From: a virus
Taxonomy: Duplodnaviria > Caudoviricetes
Virus record (IMG/VR): IMGVR_UViG_3300033153_007345
Span: 1-54,173 of that record
Length of the DNA: 54,173 nucleotides
Strand: one strand, 5' to 3'
Shown here: one piece after another, positions 6,937-18,300 of the stretch
Numbering within the stretch: position 1 is the first letter of the stretch
Layout of the letters: the number at the start of each line of letters is the position of its first letter
Position numbers and translations under genes: made by a program
Notes under the pieces: generated by a model
Seen by the model: the letters and a program-made list of their open reading frames with translations, nothing else
What the model was told of the DNA's origin: nothing
The model's database searches: none

Positions 6937-9858
6937 TCAGCGTCGCCTGCGCGCGAAAAACTTGTAGTTTACCGGGGTATCAAAGTTCGCTCCCTGCGCC
7001 TTAACTTTCCCATAGAAATTGTCTGCCACTGAAATGCTAGTTCGGTAATGGACAATTCCCGAGCCACCTATAGTTCCGTTCGTGGCGAACATCCCAATCG
7101 TGTAGTTGTCAATTTGTTCTGTTGATACAGTACTATTCCCAAGAGAAATTGACATCAGTTGCCCGGTACTAGAAGCATTCGCATCTCCATTGGAGTTCAC
7201 GAAAAACGATATGTCCCAATCTCCTGGAGGCAGTAGCAAGGCACTGGTGACTACAAACGCCGTGGTTACAGGCGTAAAGGAACCGATAATTTCAATGTAC
7301 TTACCGATATCGCCATCTGATGCAGAACTTCCATCATCAACACCAACTATCCCACCAGCAGGAATAATCGAGTCATTGAACGTCTTAGCCCCTCCAAACG
7401 TCTGCGCTACAGTTGTCACTGTCCCATTGGTAGTAGCATCGGCCGCAGGCACAGACAAAGCTATTGGAGCGCATGATGCTTCCAACTCAACCCTATGGGT
7501 ACCATCTATCGTGAGGGAGCTAAGGTCACAGGTCATTGTAGTATCGTCAGCAGAACAAAGACGATATGTTTTGTCCCAAGCGCCTGCGAGAGTAGCGCCT
7601 TCATGTCGCACGTAGGCGTCTTTTGGAGTACACCCAAGGTTATGCGTCTGTACACCAGGATCACTTGACTTTATGCCTGAAGTGAAAGTCTTGATTGGCA
7701 CCACATTCGTCGAGAACCCTGTATCTCGCATCTTAGTAGATATGGAGCTCCCTGCTGGTAGCCCTGTGCTCAGGAAGATGGAATCATTGGTAGAGTCAAG
7801 CAACCAGTCTGGAGAGAGCTGGTTGTTGATCTTGCCGTCCTCACGGCCCCAGCGAGATGCTGACCAGTCTTGATTCTCTATCGCTACGCTGACAGAGGCG
7901 AAGTCTATTCTTGCTGCTGCTAGCTTGCGGATGTCTTCTTCTGAGAATACATGGTTTTTGGCATAGTCAACACTTTGAACCCTACCAAAATAGTCATCTG
8001 AATAAGTCCCATCCCTTCTTGCCCCTACCATGAATTTGGTAGTAGCTGACCAATTGAGAGTACCCGCCAAAGGCTCGGAAATGACACGGACACCATCAAA
8101 ATATGCCTTTGCCCGGACTCCATCCCAAGTGAAACCCACATGGTGCCAAGAGCCGCTGATTGCATTAATAGGCGCAGAAAAAAGCTCTGTTCCAGACGTT
8201 GTTTCCGTCATTATCTGCAACTCACCCGCAATAGTTACTCGCAAGTTCCAGCCTGAAATAGAAGCCGAGTCAGTCAAAGATATTAGTGTTTGATTAGCAG
8301 CATCACCCCACTCAGCAGGAGCGAACAACCCGCTAAAGCTCAAGGTATCATCTACTGTTATTTGTAGATCAGCATCGGCAGACTCAAACCGCTCATTGAC
8401 AGCGCCATCATTCAAATACCCAACGTTTGCTTCACCGAAAATACCCAGATGCGTGAAAGTACTACCGCTAGAATCGGTTAGTGGCTTTCCATTTCCAGAC
8501 CCATCACTAAAGTCACCATCAAGCAAGTTCCAATAGTAGACTTTCCCAGTTAGGTCATCCAAAGGAAATGAGTCATCAGTCAGCACATGGCCGCCAGCTA
8601 CTTGCTGGTGGTTCGAGAAACGCTTGGAGTAGATGGCGTTGATCTGGGCTGCTGATAGCTCAGAATCAGTAAAGAAAAAATCTTGAAGTGACCCATCCAC
8701 ACGTTGCCCGGCTGAAGGCAATCCTCCGATTATGAGAGGACCTGTTCCTGTTTCGGTACCACAAGTCCCCGAAGCGACTGCTTGGCCGTTTATATGTAGC
8801 GTTACAGCGCTCCCGGCTGGGGAAGTTAGAGCAAGGTGAAGCCATTCCCAGTTCGCAAAGCCATCGTACTCAAAGGCTATGGCAGAAGCAGAATCAGAAC
8901 CACAGTTGACACGGATCTCTTTCACATTCTCTACAACCTGAATACCATATTCGAGATTTGCACCGTCGTATCGACTGAACAAGAATTGACCAGTAGAGTC
9001 AGGACCAGCCCAATCCAGCGAAGCCGAAATTCCTACAGAAAATGCTGCTGTACTAGGGTTGTCTACTTTAAAGAAAGCGTTCGAAGAGTTGAATTCACCA
9101 TCTTTGTGGAAAGAGACAACGTTCTCTCTACCAAAAAATCCTTTGCCCGTGTAAGAGACTGTCCCGCTTTCTGCTAAATCACCTCCTTGTACGGCGTCAT
9201 TTAAAGCATCACCAGCTAAGGGGAAATATGCCGAATCTGCAAACGTGATATCTCCATCAACCAACGGACCCTTGGCATTTGCAACAGATCCAACCGTGCC
9301 TATAGACCGCTCAATATTGTAGACAATGGGGTTGATATTGACCGATTGATCTAGGACCCTACCGACAAAGAAGCTATCCATGTAGATGATGGCAGCGTCT
9401 GCTGAAGCAATGACCCTTACTCCTAGAGTTCCACTTGATGGGCATGTGAAATTGAGTTGCACCCTAGACCAAGTAGTAGCTGTTACCACATCGAATTCAC
9501 TAAGGACCGATGAACCGTCCCAAGCTTGGATCTTGAGGTTGCCATCGCCACCCTTGTAGGCCCAGGAGACGACACACGCCTGCCCAAGCATCTCGTTTGG
9601 GATATCCTGCTGGGTTGAGCTCAAAGTCTGAGCCGCCGCACCAGCATCCCAGGATCCACTTGATTCCCCAAGGGCGAGATTGACACCAGAGGTCACGGTA
9701 TCAAACGTTCCGCCAGATGCCGACCACCGGGATTCCCCGTTTTCAAACCCGCCGTTCTCAATGATCGTGGTGGTTCGTAAATCTTGTTCCTCCACTCCAA
9801 AGAACGCACCCATCGCATGGGATGACATCAAGGATATGGCTAATAGTATTTTTTTCAT
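6937..9858 (-). CDS. Large fibre/adhesin: CBM-like N-terminal domain, two LamG/ConA-like domains, fibre C-terminal domain; signal peptide
   Basis: NGGFENGESRWS; WLHLALT...LHING and WHHVGFTWDG...AYFDG; AQTFGGAKTF fibre repeat. Confidence 0.75.
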   Translation of the reverse strand: MKKILLAISLMSSHAMGAFFGVEEQDLRTTTIIENGGFENGESRWSASGGTFDTVTSGVNLALGESSGSWDAGAAAQTLSSTQQDIPNEMLGQACVVSWAYKGGDGNLKIQAWDGSSVLSEFDVVTATTWSRVQLNFTCPSSGTLGVRVIASADAAIIYMDSFFVGRVLDQSVNINPIVYNIERSIGTVGSVANAKGPLVDGDITFADSAYFPLAGDALNDAVQGGDLAESGTVSYTGKGFFGRENVVSFHKDGEFNSSNAFFKVDNPSTAAFSVGISASLDWAGPDSTGQFLFSRYDGANLEYGIQVVENVKEIRVNCGSDSASAIAFEYDGFANWEWLHLALTSPAGSAVTLHINGQAVASGTCGTETGTGPLIIGGLPSAGQRVDGSLQDFFFTDSELSAAQINAIYSKRFSNHQQVAGGHVLTDDSFPLDDLTGKVYYWNLLDGDFSDGSGNGKPLTDSSGSTFTHLGIFGEANVGYLNDGAVNERFESADADLQITVDDTLSFSGLFAPAEWGDAANQTLISLTDSASISGWNLRVTIAGELQIMTETTSGTELFSAPINAISGSWHHVGFTWDGVRAKAYFDGVRVISEPLAGTLNWSATTKFMVGARRDGTYSDDYFGRVQSVDYAKNHVFSEEDIRKLAAARIDFASVSVAIENQDWSASRWGREDGKINNQLSPDWLLDSTNDSIFLSTGLPAGSSISTKMRDTGFSTNVVPIKTFTSGIKSSDPGVQTHNLGCTPKDAYVRHEGATLAGAWDKTYRLCSADDTTMTCDLSSLTIDGTHRVELEASCAPIALSVPAADATTNGTVTTVAQTFGGAKTFNDSIIPAGGIVGVDDGSSASDGDIGKYIEIIGSFTPVTTAFVVTSALLLPPGDWDISFFVNSNGDANASSTGQLMSISLGNSTVSTEQIDNYTIGMFATNGTIGGSGIVHYRTSISVADNFYGKVKAQGANFDTPVNYKFFARRRR

Positions 9859-9860
9859 GG

Positions 9861-10709
9861 TTACTCCACCTCGGTTCCGTTGGGGATAAATCGAATGTCA
9901 GCCGTATCAGTATCAGTTGCCCGAGACAACTCAACTTTGATCAAATCACCAGGGCTTACACCTACACTGTTGATCTCACCCGAAGCGTCCGTTAGATCAC
10001 AAACAGTTTCTCGGTATTTGTTTGCAACCCCTGAATTAGCAAGGGCTGAATTTGTGCTGGTATGCTGGTTTGTGGTGCTTCCCATCCCGTCTAGACCCTC
10101 TCGGATGAGAGTTGAGACGGTCTCTAGGCGGATTGTGTTGATTGTCGATGGAGAGTAGAGAGCTATCCTCATGTTGATCTGGACCCCAGCGATGTACCCT
10201 TGAGGAACCTTGACGAAAGCAACCAGGCTGTTGGCTAGGCCACTCTCATACATGTAGATGAGTTGATCATTCTCAGATCCTTTTACCGGAGCACTCCCTG
10301 GCGGCTCGTCCCAGTTGAGACTCCCACCCCCACCGCCGCCAGCTCCAGAGCCAAGGTTCATGACCATGGCGATGGTCTTAGGACCACCAGAGCTGTTGGT
10401 TACGGTCACCGCTGTCTTCTCCGAGCCCACTTTAGCAATGGTCGTGAAGCCAGATGTGAGCTGAGAAATGAGCTCCCCTGTACCATCATCGTACTCGTAA
10501 AGGGTAAACCCCAAATCTGCAAAGTCTACGTTGAAGTTGTGGGTGAAGTCCACGCTGCCACTATCTGCCAGAGCAACCGCTGTGAAGAACCTTCCGTTGA
10601 TGTTGTCACCAACAGATGTCCACAAACCTTCGACAGAAGCATGCAGAGGTGCCCCACCAGCTGTTCCAAGCGCTGGGTGATCTAATTGTAATCTAGAAAC
10701 TGTACCCAT
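9861..10709 (-). CDS. Putative tail/fibre attachment protein
   Basis: Two beta-rich domains joined by a poly-Gly linker; tail-module position. Confidence 0.6.
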   Translation of the reverse strand: MGTVSRLQLDHPALGTAGGAPLHASVEGLWTSVGDNINGRFFTAVALADSGSVDFTHNFNVDFADLGFTLYEYDDGTGELISQLTSGFTTIAKVGSEKTAVTVTNSSGGPKTIAMVMNLGSGAGGGGGGSLNWDEPPGSAPVKGSENDQLIYMYESGLANSLVAFVKVPQGYIAGVQINMRIALYSPSTINTIRLETVSTLIREGLDGMGSTTNQHTSTNSALANSGVANKYRETVCDLTDASGEINSVGVSPGDLIKVELSRATDTDTADIRFIPNGTEVE

Positions 10710-10721
10710 GTCACTTCTCCC

Positions 10722-11129
10722 TCATTTTCCATAGGTTGCGAGATTGAGCTTCTTTTCCTCTTCTTTCAGAGGCGTCACTATAATCTCACCCGTATCAAAA
10801 ACCTTTATCCGCTTTTCCGATGTCCACATCTCAAGACCAACCAGCTGGTGTATGGGCGTAACCGTCCCAATGTTGAAACCTGAGCCCGGTCTAGCTATCG
10901 CCATCCAAGAAAAGTTCCGAAACTTATCAGCTGGACAGTCTACGAGTAATACAACCTGTTGAGTTTCCAGATCCTTGCCTTCGATCTTCATTCGCACAGC
11001 GCCAGAGTTTTTGTTCCATGCCTGGTCCACGGGGTTTTTTGTCGTAAGTGACCACATCCCACAGGCACTCTGCTTGCTGGGGTAGTCAAACCGCCACCTA
11101 AGACGAAATTTTCTTGGTTTATTCAGCAT
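10722..11129 (-). CDS. Hypothetical tail-module protein
   Basis: 135-aa ORF in operon order. Confidence 0.65.
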   Translation of the reverse strand: MLNKPRKFRLRWRFDYPSKQSACGMWSLTTKNPVDQAWNKNSGAVRMKIEGKDLETQQVVLLVDCPADKFRNFSWMAIARPGSGFNIGTVTPIHQLVGLEMWTSEKRIKVFDTGEIIVTPLKEEEKKLNLATYGK

Positions 11130-11136
11130 TTTACCC

Positions 11137-11883
11137 TCAGGCTGTATAGCTGAAGGCTATGACCCATTCCCATTGGACAATGCCTCCGTTTGCAAAGGAC
11201 CCTAGCAACTGGGATCGAAGCCCAATGTGCATATTATCCCCCAGTGCCGTATCGCCATCCTTACCAATCTGACCATCCACTGGTGCTGTCGGGATGTAGC
11301 CGTTGGTCACATCGCCACCTTGTGCCTGATCCGAGTCTATCACCATAGCCTCTGAGGCTGTTATGATTCCGTTAGCCAAGGAAGAGCCTTGCCCAGTAGC
11401 AGCACCTCCGGCCCTACCGTAAATCTCTACCGTGTCGTCGCCACCCTCGCCTACGCCGTTTGTGGCAAAATCAAACTGGTTGGCCTGGTTGCCAACCTCG
11501 GCGTTGATCGACTTGTGGTCGATCCAGAGACCGCCAGAGAGGTCATCGGCGTTGTTCTTGGATGTGCCAGAGACATTTCCAAGCGTTGTGAGCATAGTTG
11601 TGATGTCGTTTGCGGCTGTATCAGCACCCCCGTAGGTGAATCCAGTGCCCACTCCGAATGTCTGGAGGAATGTTTTCACATCGGTGATGGGGTCTATGGT
11701 CGCATCGTGCCTAACCCACACATCTTGCCTGCCCGAGTTATCGGCTGGGCCTCCTCCACCAATAGGAGCATAGCTCCCGTTGATTACTGAGCCTAAATCG
11801 ATTCCTGTGCCTCCACCAGCTAGACTGTCACTAGCGGCAGCACCATCTAAACCAAGATCTGAAACTGTAAGCAAAACTGTCAT
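11137..11883 (-). CDS. Putative tail tip protein
   Basis: Gly/Asp-rich beta protein; GGAG SD. Confidence 0.6.
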   Translation of the reverse strand: MTVLLTVSDLGLDGAAASDSLAGGGTGIDLGSVINGSYAPIGGGGPADNSGRQDVWVRHDATIDPITDVKTFLQTFGVGTGFTYGGADTAANDITTMLTTLGNVSGTSKNNADDLSGGLWIDHKSINAEVGNQANQFDFATNGVGEGGDDTVEIYGRAGGAATGQGSSLANGIITASEAMVIDSDQAQGGDVTNGYIPTAPVDGQIGKDGDTALGDNMHIGLRSQLLGSFANGGIVQWEWVIAFSYTA

Positions 11884-11894
11884 AGGTCACTCCA

Positions 11895-13856
11895 TTATTC
11901 TTCGACTATGGTTGCAGTGGTACCGCCCGTTATACCCTCATGCCCCGGTGCGTATCCCGGAAAAGGAAGCATTTGGAAGCTCCATAACCTCATTGGTATC
12001 TTAATCCCTGCGGGATCATAACTAATCTGCCTAATTAAGCATGGAACATTGGTAAATAGTGTACCTTGTATGTTCACATTTAGTTTAACAAAATCACCGA
12101 TGTCTAGCAGCAGCGATCTCCAGGTCAGGTTGACATTCACGTTCTCTAGGTACGCCGATGTCAATCTCAGAATTTCACCAACCTGATTCTTAACCGTAGT
12201 ATTATCATAAAGATTTGGAAATACTACTCTTTTTGAGATTTCCCTTCCTGCTTGCGTAATCGCCAGTGTGTTCTTCTGTACCCTCGTCTCCTGGAAGTTC
12301 TCCTTGCGACTGGGTAAAAAGTTGAATTGGCCCTTCGCTCGGTTGAAGTTGTTTCGTTCGTCTAGTTTGAGTTTGAAGCTTTTCTGCTCAACATCCCAGT
12401 TCTTTATTTGGTATGCGGGAGACGCTTCGAAGTCATCCAGGTGGTTAGACAGAATTTGTAGCTTCTGTGATCTGTTCAGAAACACCTCAAGCCTCACCTG
12501 CTCAAGCAGTGAGAGAATAAACGTGAGTGCGCTCTGAGCTTCGTTTATGTAGATCCTGCTCAGAAAGTCACCTACGGCATTCTCTATGGAAGCCCCGCCG
12601 CTCACCGTTTTGTCTCTGAATGTGTCCCAGTTTGCTGCAAAATCACCCAAGGAAGCATCCGTGTACGTGGCTAGGATATCACGGGACTGCTCGATGATGT
12701 TGTCATCGTACCCACTCAGGTCTTTTCCCTTCACTTTCACCAGCACCATATCGGAGCTTTCGAACGCATACACCTGATCGGTGGTGTCTACTGTAATCGC
12801 CAGCATGCTGTTTGAATTTTGGGCTATTTGGAAATTGTTCTTCCCTGCGGGCACTGCGGAGATATCCGCTGCATCAACTCGCCATGCTTTCTCACCCCTT
12901 CGGATGTAGACCTCAGAGGTATCGAACGCTGTATTGTCGTTCGCAGAGATCACCACCTGGGTATTGTTGGTCCTGGAGGTGTCGCCGTTCATGTCGGCGT
13001 CTTTTCCATTGACCACAGTGCATGGGATGCTTGCTAGATTGGGCTCGACGTTGACTGTCCAATCACCATAGATGATGGGGATGAGTGCATTTTCTTTGTC
13101 AGACTCTATATTCGCATACGAGGATACTGCAAATATCTCAGAGGGGAAGCTGGCATTGATCTTGTCAAAGTCATCTCTTGCGAGGAAGGAGATGTCTGTT
13201 ATCGACCGTTTGAATCCTGCCTCTTCAGTAATCTTCCCGCTAAAAATGATCTTGTAGGTGGACCCAACGTCCCTCAGCCCAAGCTTTACAGTAATTTGGT
13301 TGCCTATCCATCCTGAAAAGTCATCCCCAGCTGGTAGGTACTTATTGTATTTCCCATCTGCGTTATTCAGAGTCAGCTCCTGGCTGGAAAACTCCAGCTG
13401 GGCACTCAGAAACTCCCCCACCGTTCGACTAATGACTGGGAAGTTGAGACGGGCCTCGTAGTACACCCCGTCTACATACTTGTTCCGGTCTGAAACGTGG
13501 ATGGTTCTCTCCGCAGACAGATCAAGCGTCCCTAGGGGGGATACAGCGCTTCCCTTGTCAAATCTAAGCCTACCTAGCCCAGGTACAGATGTGATTGTCT
13601 GGACCCCATCTAAGCCAGCGTCAGAGGCACTAGAGATAGTGATTGTCTCACCTGTTTTGAGACCATGCTCTGAGATAGTCACTTCCACAATATTGGCACT
13701 GGGGTTGGTGTACGCCAGCCATGTTCTGGATAGGGTAGGTGCCTCGATATCGACGATAAGCTCCAGCTGATTCACGAGTGAATCGTGGCACTGATCAAGA
13801 AAATCTTGATCAAGCACGGTAGCTGTTAGATATGGCCGTCGATCACTGTTGCCCAT
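11895..13856 (-). CDS. Putative tail hub / central tip protein
   Basis: Position after the distal-tail gene; IPIIYGD and LDIGDFVKL motifs typical of hub/tip proteins. Confidence 0.65.
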   Translation of the reverse strand: MGNSDRRPYLTATVLDQDFLDQCHDSLVNQLELIVDIEAPTLSRTWLAYTNPSANIVEVTISEHGLKTGETITISSASDAGLDGVQTITSVPGLGRLRFDKGSAVSPLGTLDLSAERTIHVSDRNKYVDGVYYEARLNFPVISRTVGEFLSAQLEFSSQELTLNNADGKYNKYLPAGDDFSGWIGNQITVKLGLRDVGSTYKIIFSGKITEEAGFKRSITDISFLARDDFDKINASFPSEIFAVSSYANIESDKENALIPIIYGDWTVNVEPNLASIPCTVVNGKDADMNGDTSRTNNTQVVISANDNTAFDTSEVYIRRGEKAWRVDAADISAVPAGKNNFQIAQNSNSMLAITVDTTDQVYAFESSDMVLVKVKGKDLSGYDDNIIEQSRDILATYTDASLGDFAANWDTFRDKTVSGGASIENAVGDFLSRIYINEAQSALTFILSLLEQVRLEVFLNRSQKLQILSNHLDDFEASPAYQIKNWDVEQKSFKLKLDERNNFNRAKGQFNFLPSRKENFQETRVQKNTLAITQAGREISKRVVFPNLYDNTTVKNQVGEILRLTSAYLENVNVNLTWRSLLLDIGDFVKLNVNIQGTLFTNVPCLIRQISYDPAGIKIPMRLWSFQMLPFPGYAPGHEGITGGTTATIVEE

Positions 13857-15382
13857 TACTTGCTCTCATCCAATGTTAAGCCAAAGCTTGCGAAGTCGTA
13901 CTTAGGACCCTTGCTATTGTGCCTCTCTTTGGGGATTTTATCTATTTTCGAGAATGCAGCAAACCTTGCCGTAAACTCAGCATCGTTAATGTCTGGTGTT
14001 GGTATCCAAAGGCACTTCAGAGTGGTTCGCTTTTCTTGGAAGATCGCTTTCAGGATACCGTAGTTGCCTTGAGTGAACCCAAGACTCTTGAAATCAAGCC
14101 CCACAATCTTTTTCTGCGCCCTGGAGTTGGCAATATTCGTGAAGCCCTCAGTATTCACAGTATCAGCAAAGTCCTTGTTCTCCAGGTCTATGTTGTCGGT
14201 GATGCACTCGCCCGAGAACACACTAGAAGCACCAAATACTATTGTTCCAATCTCCACAGTATCGCTATTTGTGGAATCATCTATGGATACTCTCCAATAC
14301 CTGTACCCGGTAATAGGTAAGTTCTCCTCGATATGATAGATGTTGGGCTCATCTATGAGAGTCAGCACCCTAGTCACACCGATGGTCCCAAACGATGAAT
14401 CGTTAGACCCAAATAGCTGGACACTGGCCGATTTAGTCAGGTTGTGATTCAGTATCGCAAGGGTATCCAAGAACACCCCTTGAGTGAGCTCCGTATCGCA
14501 ATCTAGATTGATGCCCGACTTGGCTGTAGCAGCCTGCCACGTCTGCACAACAACATCCGTATTCAGGTTTTCGATGTTTTTGTCTGGGCCAGTATCAGTA
14601 ACTACGTTGGCTTTCCAGTTTTTGCCTACCCCAGCATCGTTACCCCAGGCATTTGTTCCTGTAGCCTCTGGGTTACCCCTGCTTAGGAACGTGCAGAGTA
14701 TCCGAAGGTTGGTGGTGTTGTAGAGAGTGGCTAGGAACTGCATGCCTGTAGCAGCAACTTGCGCAAAGTCAACCTGCATACCCAAGTAATCGAGGACGCC
14801 AGTCATTGTGAATTTGGTTTGCATGCCGTTGAAGGAGTCATCATCGGGACCAATGATGTTGAACTCGTTCTGCATGGCGGTGAAGTCTTTACCAACGATA
14901 AAGAACTCCATCTGCATACCCATGAATGCACACATGTACGACGACAGGTATGGGTTCTGTAGGTATGGAGTGTTCAGGTATGACGAGTGGAGCTTGTGGC
15001 TGAGAGAGTCCGCTTTGAACTCCATAGCTGCTAGCTTCTCAGTATCTTCAATGACGAAGTTCGTTTGAACTCCCGACAGTTTGAACGTACCTTCAATGTC
15101 AAAATTGGACTGCATGGCGTTGAAGGAGTCATCACCATCGGCAATGATGCTGAATTCTGTCTGCATCCCAGTATCTTTGTCAGCCTCAATAGTGAATTCG
15201 ACTTGCATCCCAGTATCTTTGTCAGCCTCGATGGTGGATTCGGCCTGCATCCCCGTCTGTTTAGCTGACTCGATAACAAAATTTATCTGCATGCCGTCAA
15301 CAGCATGCTGATCAGACTTCAGATACTCGCCTGATAGGTATGGCCGCTCAAGGTATGCTTTTAGGTTAGTGTGGGTCGTCAT
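13856..15382 (-). CDS. Putative distal tail protein with N-terminal MQxxF repeats
   Basis: Immediately after the tape measure; GYRYWRVSI motif; about a dozen GMQ.EF.I-type repeats. Confidence 0.6.
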   Translation of the reverse strand: MTTHTNLKAYLERPYLSGEYLKSDQHAVDGMQINFVIESAKQTGMQAESTIEADKDTGMQVEFTIEADKDTGMQTEFSIIADGDDSFNAMQSNFDIEGTFKLSGVQTNFVIEDTEKLAAMEFKADSLSHKLHSSYLNTPYLQNPYLSSYMCAFMGMQMEFFIVGKDFTAMQNEFNIIGPDDDSFNGMQTKFTMTGVLDYLGMQVDFAQVAATGMQFLATLYNTTNLRILCTFLSRGNPEATGTNAWGNDAGVGKNWKANVVTDTGPDKNIENLNTDVVVQTWQAATAKSGINLDCDTELTQGVFLDTLAILNHNLTKSASVQLFGSNDSSFGTIGVTRVLTLIDEPNIYHIEENLPITGYRYWRVSIDDSTNSDTVEIGTIVFGASSVFSGECITDNIDLENKDFADTVNTEGFTNIANSRAQKKIVGLDFKSLGFTQGNYGILKAIFQEKRTTLKCLWIPTPDINDAEFTARFAAFSKIDKIPKERHNSKGPKYDFASFGLTLDESK

Positions 15383-18300
15383 TAGCTTCTAATCCCCCTG
15401 CTAGAAATCAAGAAATCCCCTCGGAGGCTTGCTTGCTTCAGTTCATCCTTGACCGCAGGTATGACCCTCGTTCTCATGAATTGCTCATCCACTGGCTCTG
15501 TTGTCTCAATTTCCATAGCCACTTCGATGTTGAACGTGTTGCCAGCGGTAGATTTGCCCAAGTTCGCCTGCTCTAGTATGTTGAGCCCGAGCCCCTGGAC
15601 ACCAGTCCTATTTACTACAAATTCACCCGGCTGTAGTAGGGATTGTGTCCCATCCTCGGAGGAGAAGCCGCCTACAAGCCCGCCCGTCTTGCCTCTGAGT
15701 ATGCTTGCGGAGCTCTCGATCATTTTGAGTAGCGAGCTTTTGATGTGCTTCATGATCTCTTTTTTAGGATCAAGCGTATCAACTAGACCTGTGACATCTT
15801 TTGTAACGCTTTCTACTGATACATCACCTCCACCGCCACCTGTACTATCTTTGTACGCTTTAGAAATAGCCCTTCCAATAGACCCGCCATATCCAAACTG
15901 CGGCATGTTGCCGCTTACAAGAGTTTCAAGGAGCTTGGCTATTTGTGGGTCCTGAGCTATGGACCTGGGGACGATGAACTCGCCAGGGCTTGCTAGGATA
16001 GGAACCGTGTCATTTTTCAGTGAGTCACCGGGTATACCAGCAAGCCCTGGTATCTCACCACCTCTGGCGAACTTCACAAAGGGTACGTTAACGCCAATGA
16101 GCTTCTCTACAGGACCCTTGGCTCCTGAGTCCCCAGATGTACTGAACAGCTTGGATAAAAGATTGCTTGGGTTCAGGCTGTTGAATGCCTCCTTGAATAT
16201 GTCTCCGAGCCCTGAGAGACTCGATTTGAGCCCCTCCCACATCTTGGTACCAAAGTCCGTGAATATGCTGCCAGCAGTATCCAGGCCAGCCTTGAGGCTC
16301 TCCCATATCTTGCTGCCCATGTTCTTAAGTGCTGCTATTGGCTTATCCCAGGCCAGCTCCACTATTTTGGAGAATGAATCCTGGAAGAAGTCAATCGCTC
16401 CTTGGAATGCTTCCTTGATATTCCCTTTGAATATACTTTTGAAGAAATCCTGCGTTGCTGCGAAGGCGTCTGTTACCAGCTCCTTCAATCCATTGAATGT
16501 GTCTATGATCGGATCAAATGCAGCTGTCGTTAGGCCACCAAATGTGTCCTTGAAGAAGCTGACAATCGGATCCCATGCTGAAGATACGAGTGTTGACCAG
16601 GAGTCCTTGAAGAAGTTGACAAACACCATCGCAGTGTCTGTGAAGACTTTGAATACTGATTCCAAAATCGGCCCGAAGGTATCCTTGATGAAGCCCATGA
16701 ACTTTTTGAAACCAGCGAAGACAAAATCAAAGGCACTATGAACGATTGATCCCAGCGTGGTGAATAGATTTATCACCACAGCAAACGCCTCTTGCACAAT
16801 CTCACCGAGTGTTTCAAATAGATGCAACACTCCATGCCATGCATCTCCTATAAGATCACCAAATGCTTCGAAGAAGTCGATAATGAACTCCCATGCGCCC
16901 TTGATGACCTCTGCAAAGTTTTCGAAGAAAGCGATTATGGCATCCCAGGCCCTCTTGACCAATTTCACGAAGCCCTTCCAGAACTTCATAACCTTTGCCC
17001 ACGCCCTACTCAGCAAATTAGCACCTATCGTGAACGATTCTCTGATTTTCTTCGCTATTTTCTCAGCTTGCTTTGCTGGGTCCAGGGCAGCACCAGCCTC
17101 CCCGAAATCCTTAACACTAAAGAGCTTGGAAGCCTCGCCAGTGATCTTGTCTAGCCCCGATTTGAACCCCTCAGAGATGGCAGCACCAGCCTCTTGTAGT
17201 TTGCTGGTGGGGAACTCAACACCTCCGAGTATATTATTAAGCGCCTTTTTCAGTCCGTTGATCACCCCTTTGATTATTGCAATGACAATCATGGGCACTA
17301 ATTTTGCGAACGCCAGGGCAATCTTCTCAAGCCCCCCACTCATTGCCACGTCGATTAGGGCAGCTACAATGGAGCCCATTGCATCTATAAGGCCCTCGAT
17401 AATTGCCCCTATGATGTCCGGCAAGGCTTCAAGTAGATTAATAAGCAAGTCCGGTATGATACTGATTATGCCCGCTATGATCTTTCCAAGAGCGGAGAAG
17501 ATTTTCATGATTATGGTAGGCATAGACTCAAGCAGCTGAGCAAAAATTGCCGGCAGAGCATCCAGGATCTGCATAATAAGCCCTGGAAGCATATCCAGGA
17601 GCTTGCCTAAGCCGTCTACGAGCGCACTGATAAACTTAGGGATCATAGCGATGATCCCGTCTATAATTTCAGGCAGCTTGTCTAGAAGTTTACTGAAAGC
17701 TTCCACAAATTGATCGATGAACTTATCCATGCTGCCCATGAGCTTGTCGAAAGCTTTGAGCAAAGCGTCTGGGAGTTCAGTCAGCATGTTGTCGATGGTG
17801 TCGGCTAGGCCACTTATGGTTTCTGGGCTGAACATATCACCAATAAAGTCACCAACGGCCATTATCCCCGATGCCATAGACTTGCCAGCCGATACGAGGT
17901 TTTTTTGGGTGAACATGTCCTTGCCAATCTCCTTCAGATTGGAGCCAATTACAGACATATTGTCCATGAACCCTACGCTCAGGTCCACCCCTTGGAATAC
18001 CTCTTCCCCTACTCGGAATGCTTCTCTGAGTTGTAATCCAGCCTTTGTAAAACTCTGGAATAGCCCTTTGATGACCTCTCCGCCAAAGTTCCGAGGCTTG
18101 AGATTAGAGAATACTTTGTCGAATTGGTTGAGGAGAGATGCCTCGTCAATTTTGACTTTTAGCTGTTCAGCCCCAGCAGTTTTTGATGCCTCAAGTATCG
18201 CCTTGTTGGCTTCAGTGAGTAGTCCCGAAGCAGCCAGCCGCTGTTCGAGCACGTCGAGCTGGGCAAGCTGAATGGCATACTCAGCATTAGCAAGCTTCAC

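Noticed and set aside
4783-9858. Diversity-generating retroelement or invertase-driven shufflon acting on fibre genes
   Set aside because: I saw no reverse transcriptase, template/variable repeat pair, recombinase or long inverted recombination sites
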